Source of the DNA: Felis catus
Taxonomy: Eukaryota
Length of the DNA: 64,000 bases
NCBI RefSeq assembly: GCF_018350175.1
Contig: NC_058374.1
Coordinates: 59,520,001-59,584,000, forward strand
Direction of reading: 5' to 3'
The translations under genes were made by a program, and so were the position numbers. Under the pieces are notes generated by a model. The model was not told the DNA's origin. It ran no database searches and was given only the letters and a program-made list of their open reading frames with translations. The stretch's first letter is position 1. Every line of letters starts with the position of its first letter. This document shows positions 24,423 to 36,940 of the stretch, in pieces.

Positions 24423-25079
24423 TAAATGGGAGCTATAATCATTATTAGTCAAGTAACTATAGCTAATCACCCTCTTAGCACTTAACTCATTTGAAGAAAA
24501 TTATTTATTTTTAACTTATAAATTCTGGAATATAAAACAGTAATAAAAAGCATGTAAAATGTAAATGTCCAGTTTAATCATTAACAAAAAAGTGTTTCAC
24601 AGATAACAAACACAGATTTTTAAAAAATGCATCGCCAGAATCCAAAAGCCCTCACTCTCCTTTCCCCTTCTACTTCTCCTCCTTCAAAAACGTTCCCTTC
24701 CCCTATACGGATAACTGCTATTTAATTTTAATTTTCAATTTTCTTAATTTATATGGCAAACACTTCCCCCTTTGTTCTTTTAGATTTACCACCTAAAGAG
24801 AGCTACCTCTAGCAAGGCTTAGATAAGTTATAAGTTGCCCAAGAAAGTTTGCTACATTGATTGCATATTTATTGAGAGATATAGTGTGCAGAAACTATAC
24901 AGAAACTAATAAAGTATTATACTATTTACTCTCTAGCAGCTTGCAGTGATGAAAAATAAAGCCATGCTCCCAGCTCCCAGCTTTCTTAATGCCCTTTGTT
25001 CCACTTTTCTATTGAGTCTAACAATATTTACTAGAAACAAAAGTAATGCTAGCAGTTGCCCTTGTCAGAATAGTTTTCA

Positions 25080-25278
25080 GGGGCGCCTGGGTGGCTCAGT
25101 TGGATGAGTGTCCGACTTCAGCTTAGGTCACAATCTCACTGTTTGTGGGTTCAAGCCCCGTGTCGGGGTCTGTGCTGATGGCTCAGAGCCTGGATCCTGC
25201 TTCCGATTCTATGTCTCTCCCCCCCCCCCCCGCTTGTTTTCTCTCTCTCAAAAATAAACATTAAAAAATTTTTTAAAA
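25080..25278 (+). mobile_element. Can-SINE (SINEC_Fc-like)
   Basis: ggggcgcctgggtggctcagttgg head. TSD aat(a/t)gttttca. Confidence 0.95.
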
Positions 25279-25695
25279 AATTGTTTTCAAAGACAACTCT
25301 GTACCCACTCCCATAACATGAAAAAAGGGAAAATGGGAAGGGGCTTAATATTTATTGAGTACCTGCTACATGCCTAGTGATGTGCTAAAGATTTTCCACT
25401 GTACTTATTAATTGTTACACAATCTAATATGATAGATATTATTAATTCTATTTGAGTTGTAAGGAAGTTGAGGCAACAGCTAAGAGTCAGGACAATATAA
25501 TGTTAAAAATGGAAAATGAAGAGACTTCCATGTCACTTCATCAGGAAAATATAATATGTAAATGCACCTAATAATAGAGTCTCAAACTGCATGAAATAAA
25601 ATCTGATAAAATTGAAAAAAAGATTAGACAACTCAATAACCAAGGTTGGAGATTTCAAAACCTTATTCTCAATAATTGATAGAAGTACTACACAA

Positions 25696-26079
25696 GAGGC
25701 ACCTGGGTGGCTCCATTGGTTAAACATACGACTCTGGCTCAGGTACAGATCTCGTTGGGGCGCCTGGGTGGCCCAGTTGGTTAGGCAACCGACTTCAGCT
25801 CAGGTCATGATCTCACGGTTCGTGGGTTCGAGCCCCGCATCGGGCTCTGTGCTGACAGCTCAGAGCCTGGAGCCTGTTTCAGATTCTGTGTCTCACCGTG
25901 TCTCTGCCCCTCCCCTGCTCATGCTCTGTGTCTCTCTGTCTCTCAATAATAAATAAACATTTAAAAAAAAATTTAAAAAAAAGATCTCGTTTTGTGATTT
26001 GAGCCCTGCATTGGGCTTTCTGCAGTCAGCGCAGAGGCTGCTTTGGGCTGTCCCCCTCTCTGCCCTTCCTCCACTCATG

Positions 26080-26119
<40 letters not shown>

Positions 26120-26168
26120 GTATGTATATACATACATATATATCAAAAATGAATAAACATTAAAAAAA
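25696..26168 (+). mobile_element. Can-SINE (outer), split by a second SINE
   Basis: Head at 25696-25756, body resumes at 25992. TSD agaa(g/a)tacta(c/g)acaa at 25681-25695 and 26169-26183. Confidence 0.9.
25757..25981 (+). mobile_element. Can-SINE (inner, younger)
   Basis: Full-length copy with a perfect TSD agatctcgtt at 25747-25756 and 25982-25991. Confidence 0.95.
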
Positions 26169-26740
26169 AGAAATACTAGACAAAAACTTAGCAAGAATAT
26201 GGAAGACTTGACAACACTATCAACCAACTCAACCCAACTTACATATGAAGACATTCTGCCCAACAACTGCACAATGTACATTCTTTCAAGCACACATGGT
26301 TAGATCAGGATCCTCCATATGCTGGAAACTAAAACAAGTCTCAATACTTTTGAAAGGGTTAAGGTCATACAAAGTATGCTCTCCAACAGAACTAGAAATC
26401 AATAACAAAGAGAAATCTGGAAAATTCCCAAATATTGGGAAATTTAAAAATGCAATTCAAAAATTAGAAAATAGTTTAATTGAATGAAAGTAAAATATAA
26501 CACATCAAAATTTAAGAAGCTACTAATTTAGCTAATGTAGTGTTTTGAGGGGAATTTAAATACATATATTAGAAAAGAAGAAAGGCTTCAAATCAATAAC
26601 CTAAGCTTTCACTTTAAGAAATTAGGAAAAGAAAAGTGAGCAAAACCCCAAATAAATAGAAAAATGTAAGTAATAAATATTAGAGTAGAAGTCCATGAAT
26701 AAAAAAAATACAAGGACAATAGAGAGAAGCAATGGAAACA

Positions 26741-26963
26741 ATTTATTTTTATTTTTTTAATGTTTATCTTTATTTTTGAGACAGAGAGAGACAGAGCATG
26801 AGCGGGGGAGAGGCAGAGAGAGAGAGAGACGCACAGAATCCGAAGCAGGCTCCAGGCTCCGGGCTGTCAGCACAGCCTGACGCGGGGCTCGAATTCGTCA
26901 ACTGGGAGATCATGACCTGAGCTGAAGTCGGACGCTCAACAAACTGAGCCACTTAGATGCCCC
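26741..26963 (-). mobile_element. Can-SINE (SINEC_Fc-like)
   Basis: Reverse-strand SINE. TSD tggaaaca(a/g)ttt. Confidence 0.95.
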
Positions 26964-27784
26964 TGGAAACAGTTTTTTTTAATGATCAGGAAAGTTGACA
27001 TTTATGGAGACTGATGAGGGCAAAAAGAAGACGCAAATTACCAAAATCGGGATGAAATGGAGGATGTCACTACTAACCCTCCGGAAACTGAGAAGGGTTA
27101 TAAGGGAATATTGTGAATAACTGTATGCCAATAACTTAGACAGCTTAGATGAGATAAACAAATTCCTAGAAAGTCACAAATTTCCAAAATTGACTCAGGA
27201 AGAAATAGAAAATTGGAACAGATCTATAACAAATAAAAAAATGAAATTAGTAATTAATAATCTTCCCGCACAGGCAAGCCCAGGCCAGAGAGTTTCACTG
27301 GTGAATTCTATCTAGTATGTACAGAAATAATAGCAGTTTTTCACAAAATCTTTCAGAAAGTAGAGGAAGGAATACTCCCGGTTCATTTTACGAGTATTAC
27401 CAGTATTACCCTGATACCAAAGTCAAAGACATCAAAAGAAAACTGCAGACCAATAATAACCTCCATGAGCACAAATGTAATCATCATTATTAACACTATT
27501 TTAGCATACTGACTGAATCCAGTAATATATACAATTAAGATAAAGTAGGATTTAGCCTAAGAATGCAAAGTTGGGGTTAAGATCTGAAAATAAACCTAAA
27601 ATACAAACAGCCCCTGATCATCTCAGTGGATACAGAAAAAGCATCTGACAAAACATGACATCCATTCATGATTAAAAGCTCTTAACAAACTAAGAACCTA
27701 ATTTTTTCAATCTGTGGATGTGGTGATGCTTGCTATATCTCTTAATTTACTATAATCATTTAATTGTGTATTTACAGTAGGTAA

Positions 27785-27901
27785 TTTTTTTTAAGTTTCT
27801 TTCTTTATTTAAGTAATCTCTACACCCAATGTGGGGCTCAAACTCACAACCCCGAGATCAATAAGTAGCACACTCCTCTGACTGAGCCAGACAGGCGCCC
27901 C
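27785..27901 (-). mobile_element. Short tRNA-derived Can-SINE
   Basis: Minus strand reads ggggcgcctgtctggctcagtcagagg...gagtttgagccccacattgggtgtagagattacttaaataaa. TSD acagtaggtaa. Confidence 0.88.
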
Positions 27902-28521
27902 AACAGTAGGTAAATTTTATTACATGTAAATCATACCTCAGTATAGCTATTGTAAAAAATGAAAAAGTTCTAACATGTTTAATTCTTATCAGTAGAAACC
28001 ACTATAGGCAAGAAGAGTATCTTTATTATGTTGTCTTTGGAACATAACTCATCAAGATTCTCAATCAATTTTTAGTAATTTATTCAATGAACTTTAAAAA
28101 GTTAACCATGTTCCATGGACTATACAATCTATAGCCTGGCACTCAAGTTGCTACATGTTCTTGCCACAATTTATTCTGTTTTATCCACTCTGTTTCCACC
28201 AAAGCAGCTTTTGGTATCCACTTTTTCATGTCTGTGCCTTTGCTCATGCTGTGCCCTTCATCCACGAGGTGGTACTTTTGACACTTATAGCTTTGTTCCT
28301 ACACCAGGGTAGTTTGAAAGAGGGAAACTCATCATGTAAACAGGCCATTTTTTACTTGAGTAGTCACAAGCCAAAGAGTCCCTTTACTAGATGTAATTGG
28401 ACAAGGTTAACTCACATTCATAGAATAAATCTTTTCCTTTTCCTCAGCAAAAGTTGAATATGAAGGATCTCATGTCACAGAATTTTTTCTAAAATGTGAG
28501 TTCCTTGGGCTAAATTTAGGG

Positions 28522-30530
28522 CTTCATTCATTAATTCTTCAACCAGCATTTATTGAAAGTCTGCTCTGTGCCAAACACTCTTCTTGGAGTTATTGGAGAT
28601 ACAGCAGTATACAAAACAAAGTTCCTGCCCTCATGGGGTTTACACTGTAGTTGAGGAAGAAAAGAAATAAACAAATAACTGCTGATTTTTAGTAGGTAAG
28701 GGCTTTGCAAAACCCTGAAAAGCGGGAAAGGGGGGAACTGGGAACAGTGGAGATGGCAGTTACCATTGTGTGTGGAGTGGATGGCCAAAGCTTTTCTAAC
28801 AAGATGACATTAAGCACATCAGAAAGAAATGAGGGAGGGAATCATGCAGCTAACTTGAGAAAGCAACCAAGGCAGAGAGAAAGCAGAATATACAGATGAT
28901 TTTAGGCAGGAGCATTCTTGGTATATTAATATATGAGCAAGAAGGGCAAGCATGTGGGAGTAGCACAGTGTGGAAGGGGTATGTGGCAGAGATAAGTTTG
29001 GAGAAGTAGACGTGATCTGGCTTGTAGAGCATGAAGGGACTTGCAGGGCATTTTAAGTTCTTTTGGTTTTACTCTGAGTGAAATGGAAGCTACTGAAGGA
29101 TCTTGAGCAAAGAAATGACACTCTGACTTCGGTTGTAAAGGGATTACTCTAGTTGCTGTGTTGAGACTGACTATAGTAAGGCAGAGGCAGAAGCTGGGAG
29201 ACCAGTTAAGACACATATTAATAATCCAGGCAAGAGGTGAGAATGGCTTAAATCAGGGTTAGCAATGGAGGAGATGAGAAGTGGCCATATTTTGTATATA
29301 TTTCTAAGGAAGAGCTAACAAGATTAGCTGATGATTAGATACAAGGTGTGAGAGAATGAGAAGAGCCAAAGATGATTATTAATTTTAATCACTTAACTGA
29401 AGTTTATATAGTACTAATTATATGTCAGGGGCTGTTCCAAGATCTTGACAAATATTGACTCATTTAATCTTTGCAAGAGCCCTAGGAGATAGCTACTATT
29501 TTTGTTCTCACTTCCTGCCTTCAAGGTTTGGCTCTGAGAAGCTGGAAGGATGAAGCTGTCGTTTACTGAGAGAGGGAAGACCATGTGAAGAGCAGGTTCA
29601 AACTGATATGTTAAGGTTGATGAGACCAAAACAACTGTGTGAAGGCATCAAGCAGGTGGTTGGTCACACAAGTCTGGAGTTAAGGAGAGTGGTCCTCTGT
29701 GTAAAAATACTTTAAATGGTGCAATTAGAGGAAATCTCTAAGGGAGTATAGATTTGGAAGAGAAGAGGATCAAGGATCATGCTAGGGGCCATCCAGTATT
29801 TAAGAATGGGGACACAAAGATGAACTATCAAAGAAGACAGAAAAATGGCCAAGGGGTTTGGCATGCTGGAAGCCAAGCGAAGGAAGTGTTGGAAGGAGGA
29901 GGGAGCAAGCAACTGTGTTGAATACCAGATTGGTCAAGGAAGAGAGAACTGATAATTTATTTTTTGGTTACCTGGAAAAGAACTGTTTTAAGAAGTGGAA
30001 GTTTGAATGCAACAGGTTCAAGATAAAGCTAGAGGAGGAGAATAAGAAATGATAAATAAAGAGAACTTTTCCTAGGTGTTTTCTGTAAAGAGTAATAGAG
30101 AAATACAGCAGCAGTCATGGAAGAGTATGGGGTCAAGAGTGGCACTTGTGTTTCATTTGTTTTGCTTTGTTTTAAATATGGGAGAAATAGCAGCATATTT
30201 GTATGCTGGGGGGAAATGGACCAGTAGAAAAGGAAAAAAAAATATTGCTACAGGAAAGAAGAGATGAAGGGATGTTAATGAGCTGATAAAAGAAGATGGT
30301 AACATACAGGGCTTGGACTTAGACGCACAGACAGTTCACCCTCAGCAAATGGAGAACAGACAAGGATATCTCTACCCCCATATATATGTGAGAGATGTGG
30401 TTGGCTGTCTGTGGAAGTTCTGACTGCTTCTGTTTTTGCAGTGACTGGAAAAAGGTCATGGGCTGAAAGAGAAGCTCGGAAGAAGTATTGGACTTTTAAG
30501 GAGAGCAAAGGTGTGAAATGAACTTCTAAG
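28522..30530 (-). mobile_element. L2 LINE remnant (~2 kb), with a MIR-like insert at ~29380-29510
   Basis: Starts with the L2 3' signature ttcattcattaattcttcaaccagcatttattgaaagtctgctctgtgcca. Continues with aggattactctagttgctgtgttgag...gggagaccagttaag...atccaggcaagagg and ggaagccaagcgaaggaagtgtt. Confidence 0.8.
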
Positions 30531-30690
30531 GAAATGAGGACTATTATCCAAAACAGCCAACAGTCCTCCCATCATTACAATTTCATTATTTGTGTTTAGA
30601 AAAGTTTGGTCTTCAAGAGGCCCCTATTAAAATGCAAATACTTAGAAGCCCCGGTGCTTTTCAGTTGGTTTTCTCAGATAATGCATTTGT

Positions 30691-30901
30691 TTTTATTTTT
30701 TAATTTTTTTAATGTTTATTTATTTTTGAGGGAGAGAGAGACAGAGTGCAAGCAGGGGAGGGGCAAGAGAGAGGGAGACACAGAATCAGAAGTAGGCTCC
30801 AGGCTCTGAGCCATCTTCAGCACAGAGCCTGACACGGGGCTTGAACTCACAAATGGTGGGATCATGACCTGGAGCTGAAGTCAGAGCCTCCCAGGCACCC
30901 C
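30691..30901 (-). mobile_element. Can-SINE with a small deletion in the head
   Basis: Reverse-strand SINE. TSD gataatgcatttgt at 30677-30690 and 30905-30918. Confidence 0.93.
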
Positions 30902-31430
30902 TTGGATAATGCATTTGTGTCAGAACCTGAGTTTTCAGATGGCTGAGAGTAAGATTCCTAATATCATGATGTGTGTACTCTATTTTTCTGGAAAGTCTAA
31001 ATTTCACTTCAGTTTCCTTTTTTTTCCCCCCAAAGAAGCAAATTGTGACATGTAGAACTGAGTGTAATTCATTTGAAAAACTTTTCAAGATTTAATATAA
31101 TTAAATCCACATATTAGAAAAATAATTCATCAAACCACTTGTCCACTTTTTTTTTTTCCCTATAGAAGTAAGACATAAGTCCAGGCCCTTGGCAAGAGTT
31201 AAGGAGGTGGGGTGAGGAAAGACACTCGTTCTTAGAAAGGGGCTTTCTACAGGAGATAAGGAGTTGTTCTAGACTAATAATTAGTTACAATCATGGGGTT
31301 CTTCTTGGTGTCTAGCATCTCTAAGTAATTAATTAATACCCCCCTAATGAGCAGGAACATACTTGTTCTCTCCTCTACTATTATGACCAATGAATTTCTA
31401 TAGAATTTTCTTTTTTAAAAATGCATTGCA

Positions 31431-31634
31431 GGGGTGCCTGGTTGGCTAAGTTAGTTAAGCGTCTGACTCCGGCTCAGGTTATGATCTCATGTTTGTGAGT
31501 TCAAGCCCCGCATCAGGCTCTCTGCTGTCAGCACAGAGCCTACTTGGATCCTCTGTCCCCCTCTCTCTCTGCCCCACCCCCGTTTGTGCTCTCTCTCTCT
31601 CAAATAAATAAACATTAAAAAAAATCTCAGAAAA
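31431..31634 (+). mobile_element. Can-SINE (SINEC_Fc-like)
   Basis: TSD aaaaatgcattgca on both sides. Confidence 0.95.
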
Positions 31635-32096
31635 AAAAATGCATTGCATCATCCTAAGGGTGGCAAGGGAATGGTACACATAAGGTACATGGGCCTCTAA
31701 GCTTGAGTTAGAGTCCCAGTTCTATCACATCCCACTTTGTAATACTGGGCAAGTGTCTGATCCTCACTAAAACAATTCATTCTTTATAAATCATGGGGGA
31801 CTGACGAAGGTTGTTGTCAAATTAAATAAAGCAATGCCCCATAGTACATGTGCAGCACAATGTCTTGCTCATTCAAAGACTGATTATTATTTGCATGCTG
31901 CTAGACACTTAGGTGGTATCTTCCCTTGTACCCGGAGAAAAATCCAGAGCTTTCTTTCTGAGGATTCCTGTTTATGCTCAGCCCAAAGATCCAAATACCC
32001 CTGAGAGGGAACTGAATGGCCAAGAGTTGGAAGAGTGTTGGAGATTGGAGGAGAGTGGAGAATGTACACTCTTTCTATCTTTTCTTCTTAGAAACA

Positions 32097-32346
32097 GTTT
32101 ATTTAAAAAAACTTTTTTTAATGTTTATTTATTTTTGACACAGAGAGAGAGAGAGAGACAAAATGCGAGTGGGGGAGGAGAAGAGAGAGAGGGAGAGAGA
32201 GAGAGAGAGAGAGAGGGAATCTGAAGCAGGCTCCAGGCCCTGAGCTGTTAGCACAGAACTTGATGCGGGGCTCAAATTCACGAACCGGGAGATCATAACC
32301 CGAGCCAAAGTTGGATGCTTAACCGACTGAGCCACCCAGGTGCCCC
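32097..32346 (-). mobile_element. Can-SINE (SINEC_Fc-like)
   Basis: Reverse-strand SINE with an expanded (GA)n tract, ending ccacccaggtgcccc. Short TSD gaaaca. Confidence 0.95.
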
Positions 32347-32417
32347 TGGAAACATCTTTATTTTAAGTTATTTTTGTTCATTCGTTTTCAGGGATGGATT
32401 TGGGACTAGCCCTCACC

Positions 32418-32862
32418 TTTTATGAAAATTGAGATATAACTGACATATAACATTATGCTAATAAAGATTTGATATATGCATATATTGTAAAATGATCATC
32501 ACAATAAGTCTCCTTAACATCCATTACCACACATAGTTACAAAAATGTTTTTCTTATGATGAGGACTTGTAGTATCTACTCTTTGAGCAACCTTCAAATA
32601 TACAGTACAGTAATATTAATGCTGTACATTACATTCCCAGAACTTATTTATTTTAAAATTGGAAATTCATACCTTTTGACCACGTTCGCTTATTTCACCC
32701 ACCTCCAACCCCCATCTCAGGCAACCACCAAGCTGTTTTCTGTATCTGTGAGCTCGGAGTTTTTGCTTTCATTTTGTTTTGTTTTGTTTATGGTTCTGCG
32801 TGTAATTAAGATCATATGGTATTAATCTTTCTCTGTCTGATGTATTTCACTTAGCTTGATGC
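32418..32862 (-). mobile_element. L1 (L1MA/L1_Carn-like) 3' end running into a gap
   Basis: attgagatataactgacatataaca...tactctttgagcaaccttcaaatatacagtacagt...gatcatatggtattaatctttctctgtctgatgtatttcacttagc. Confidence 0.85.
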
Positions 32863-34207
32863 NNNNNNNNNNNNNNNNNNNNNNNNNNNNNNNNNNNNNN
32901 NNNNNNNNNNNNNNNNNNNNNNNNNNNNNNNNNNNNNNNNNNNNNNNNNNNNNNNNNNNNNNNNNNNNNNNNNNNNNNNNNNNNNNNNNNNNNNNNNNNN
33001 NNNNNNNNNNNNNNNNNNNNNNNNNNNNNCGCGGGTATCTNNNNNNNNNNNNNNNNNNNNNNNNNNNNNNNNNNNNNNNNNNNNNNNNNNNNNNNNNNNN
33101 NNNNNNNNNNNNNNNNNNNNNNNNNNNNNNNNNNNNNNNNNNNNNNNNNNNNNNNNNNNNNNNNNNNNNNNNNNNNNNNNATGTCAGGGACTGCTATACA
33201 TTTTGCTCTTTTCTAGCTTCCTAACACTCTGGGAATGCTTAGAAAACAGATGAGGAGAACATCTTCATTTTATCATAATATTTAAGAAGTTCCAGAAGGG
33301 TGAGGACTGTATGTCTAACTGAACTCAGTGGGGCTACTTCATAACTCATTAAATGAAGGATAGTAATCTAACCAAAATGTATGAATTTCTTGAGCACTTG
33401 GGTTTTAGAGCACTGCAACCATGAGCTTCATCTCATACTGGTTCGGGCCTGGGAAGTGAGTGGGTGTACTGGCTGCTGGGCTTGAAGCTGGATTTAATGA
33501 TATCCTCCAACACTGCATCCTTTGCTGATATAGCTGTTTGAATATTACAGCTGTTTTGCTGTTGTGTGTATTTTCTTCGATGTTTAAATGGCAAGAGCAA
33601 GAAGAATTCTTGGAGCCACCTATGGAGCTCCCGTGGGCAGAGTATCCACAAGGTAGGATGCTTCAGGAGCAAGAGAGACAAAGTTCTGTTGTCCGTTGTC
33701 TTCTGAGACTTCTGTGTATCACTCAGCCCAGATTCCAGACACTCTGGCCTAGGGAAAAGGTTAGGGCTCCAGAACAGCCCCACCAGACAAAGGCCCAGCC
33801 GATAACAGGAATTGTTATCCATTAACTTGACCAGGTGGAAAGGAGTCAGCCTATGCCTGACCCACTGGTTTACAGGCCACAACTATGGGGCCATATGTCT
33901 TTTGCAACCAGCTGCAGGGCGGGCTGACTCCCATGCTTGTCATCTGGCCTTTTTTCTGTCTTGGCAGGTGACTGTTTACTCTTCTTTCCATAACTCCAGA
34001 AGCTGGGCTAGGGCTCTTGGTACAACTTGCAGGTTATGGTGTGCAAGGGTTTTTAGTGTATTTATTTAGCCATGGACACTCTTCTCCCAACAAAATCTCA
34101 CACCAATGTCCAAGATTTAAATACTTCCAGTTAATTCTGGAAGTATTTGGCACGAAGTGGGAAGTAGATGATCCAAAGCTGGCCATCTCCACCCTTCCCA
34201 AATCTAT

Positions 34208-34210
<3 letters not shown>

Positions 34211-34239
<29 letters not shown>
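34211..34239. repeat. (CA)n microsatellite
   Basis: About 14 AC units. Confidence 0.95.
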
Positions 34240-34241
<2 letters not shown>

Positions 34242-34336
34242 CCTTGAGGCACCTCTTAAGAATTCCTAGGAATCTAAGCAAAGACAGTTTGATAGTCTTA
34301 GCCTTTCTTTTTACAGATGATAAAACAGATCTAAAT

Positions 34337-34669
34337 CTGCCCTGTCCAATATGGTAGTCACTAGTCATGTGGCCAGGGAGCATTTGGAATAGCTAGTCTG
34401 AACTGAAATGTGCTTCAAGTACAAAATAAACACAGCATTCCAAACACATAGTACTAAAAAAAAAGAATTTCAAATATCTCACTAATACATTTTTATTGAT
34501 GACAGGTTGAAATGATAATATTTTAGATAGTCTAGTTTCAATAAAATGTATCATTAAAATGAATCCCACCTGTTTCATTTTACCTTTTTAAACACAACAT
34601 TAAAAAATTCGAAATTACACAGGTGGCTCACATTCCGGGCTCATGTTATAATTCTATTGGACAGCACTG
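34337..34669. mobile_element. hAT-Charlie MITE (MER33-like)
   Basis: TIRs ctgccctgtccaata ... tattggacagcactg. 8-bp TSD atctaaat / gtctagat fits the NTCTAGAN-type target. About 330 bp long. Confidence 0.85.
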
Positions 34670-35088
34670 GTCTAGATTATTCTGCTAAATGCATTGTTCA
34701 AGGCCACCCGATCAGTGGAGGCAGGTCAGCACTCAGGGCTCAGTGTTGCCTTTGTTCCACCCTCCTCCCATTACTCATGTACATGGACACATAACTGACA
34801 GATAACACCTTAAAATGCCATCCCTGGGCAGTTTCATTTAATGTGATGGGAGAAGAGGAAAGAACTTGCAGGTGAAGGTGATGGTAAGTGTGGGGTAGTA
34901 TTAGGCCCATGGATGGCCTCCCCAATCATATATGTTTGTTTGGCATCTAGGGGGGACATTTACCTAGAGAAGGAGAATTGACTTAGAAGTAGAAAAACCA
35001 AAGTCTTAGACCCTTTGCTGATTACTCTCTCTCCTTGAACACATCTCCAACTTTCCTGGGTCTCCTGTTCCTTATCTGTAAGGTAAAC

Positions 35089-35180
35089 CACTCCTTTGGC
35101 AGTTTCTTGACTGAGCAGGGGCTTCTGAAGTCCTGGCCAGGCTCCAGGTGGGTGAGGGTGTAAACTGGGGCTCAGGGAAG
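35089..35180 (+). repeat. 92-bp direct repeat, copy 1
   Basis: cactcctttggcagtttcttgactgagcaggggcttctgaagtcctggccaggctccaggtgggtgagggtgtaaactggggctcagggaag; 86/92 identical to 36849-36940. Confidence 0.95.
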
Positions 35181-36848
35181 GTGCCCCTTGGAGTGCCCAG
35201 GGCCCTCTTTCATATGTAAATTATGTGATTTACCACTTGTGCATTCATGATATTCTTCCCTGCTAGTGAATACTTTTTGATGAGGTGTTCCTGCATCCAC
35301 TTGTTTTCTTTGTTCATATTCCACTCCTAAAAACTTCAACAAAGAGAAGTTGGATTGGATAGGGGAGATTACTTCAAAGACATCTCCAAGTCACTTCCTT
35401 CTGTCCTTGACCTTAAGAGCAATAGAAGATAAGCTATGTGTTCTCACCTCTATTCCAGTAAAGGAAGAGGAAGAGGGAAAGGGATAGATGAAGGGGTGGG
35501 ACAATGAAAGGAGAGAAGAAGGTGAGGAATCAAAAGGACATGAGTTTTAGAAATCAGTATCTAATGGGATGATTGCTCTTCTATCTGGACTCCTTGGCCT
35601 GTAAACTCCTGGAAACCAGGGACTATGTCTTATTTTTTTTGAAGTGGGCTTATCCTATGCAGTACCCAAGCACACTGCTCCGCAATGGACAATGAACCTG
35701 AAGCGATCTCTTCATTTGTTTCCTTGGGTTATTTATAGCCCCTCCTTTTCTGGCTGGCACATTCCTAACAGGCAGGATAATGAAGGTGAATGAAACACAT
35801 AGGCACAGAAAGTAAGAGAAGTCAAATTAAACAACAAATATTAAAATTTTACCCTCCTTCAGAGGTCCTATGAAGCAGAAAACACCCAGACATTGTTTTA
35901 AGTCAGGGAGTTTCCAGCTTTGCAACTGAACTCCCTGGCGGAGGGCCAGGCCTGCCGTCAGTGCGTGGGAGAGAGTGGCATTCTCAGGGCTGTGTTGGAA
36001 GTTCCAAGTTTATGAGGCATTTATGTCAGGATTTAGTGGTTACCTATGGGTTCAGGGTTTAATTTTTTTCTCTAAAATACACTTCAGCTCTGAATTGCAG
36101 CAGGTGCTAAGATGCTCTTTGTGCTCTGTTTTCTTCTTAATGCAGCTCTAATTTTTGTCTTGGATTAAATGATGAGGTTACCAGCTTCCGTCAGATCCCA
36201 CCCATACCTGAGAGCCCCCGCGGCGGGAAGAGTAGTGTTAGGGGGGAGTGGCTCTGAGAAACTGTCCTGAGACACTGGCTCACAGCGCCCTATTGTCCTC
36301 TTCTTCGTGTGGGTGTTGTAGAAGGGACAAGGCACTGATGCAACTTTGAAGGGCAGCTTGAACTCCAACTTGTCTGCCCACACCGGAACGTTAACAGTTG
36401 AGGTTAGCTTTGCCAGGAACCAAAGAANNNNNNNNNNNNNNNNNNNNNNNNNNNNNNNNNNNNNNNNNNNNNNNNNNNNNNNNNNNNNNNNNNNNNNNNN
36501 NNNNNNNNNNNNNNNNNNNNNNNNNNNNNNNNNNNNNNNNNNNNNNNNNNNNNNNNNGATATTTAGTTAAAATATCAGATTTCTGGAAGGTTAGAAAAGA
36601 TAAAACTGAAGCGATTGATACAGTGGGGGTGGGGAGAGGGATCCAGTCGTTAATCCTTCAGGCTGTTATCCTGCTGATGCTGGTGTCCAATACGTGCCTC
36701 ACAGGAAACAGAACACAAAACTGAGCTAATAGCCGACTACCTAGTATTGTGCATCAGGCAGGATTCGTTCCTCAAGGGTCGACTGAGACCCTCTCAGCCA
36801 ACGTCTAAAATTAGTCTCCCTTGATAGGCTCGAGGTACATGGATAAAG

Positions 36849-36940
36849 CACTCCTTTGGCAGTTTCTTGACTGAGTAGGGGCTTCTGAAGTCCTGGCCAG
36901 GCTCCAGGTGAATGTGGTGGTAAACTGGGGCTCAGGGAAG
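36849..36940 (+). repeat. 92-bp direct repeat, copy 2
   Basis: Ungapped match to 35089-35180 at an offset of 1760. Confidence 0.95.

Larger units (their letters stand above)
25530..27960 (+). mobile_element. Old L1 (L1M) ORF2 fragment (EN to start of RT) joined to an L1 3' end, interrupted by four SINEs
   Basis: Degenerate ORF2 motifs (VGDFKTLFSIIDRS; acaaattcctagaaag; agcccaggccagagagtttcactggtgaattcta; gatacagaaaaagcatctgacaaaa...ccattcatgattaaaa). L1M-type 3' terminus atgtaaatcatacctcagtatagct. Confidence 0.85.

Noticed and set aside
27785-27901. tRNA-Lys-like gene
   Set aside because: tRNA-derived Can-SINE with an A-rich tail and TSD; the cloverleaf is degenerate.
33030-33040. 11-bp island cgcgggtatct between two N runs, and GTATC/GATAC-like words at several gap edges
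   Set aside because: Assembly or gap-filling residue; too short to interpret biologically.
33433-33882. 149-aa minus-strand ORF as a possible exon or pseudogene
   Set aside because: No recognisable homology (not ITPR2-like to my eye), no convincing splice context, no poly(A) tail or TSD.
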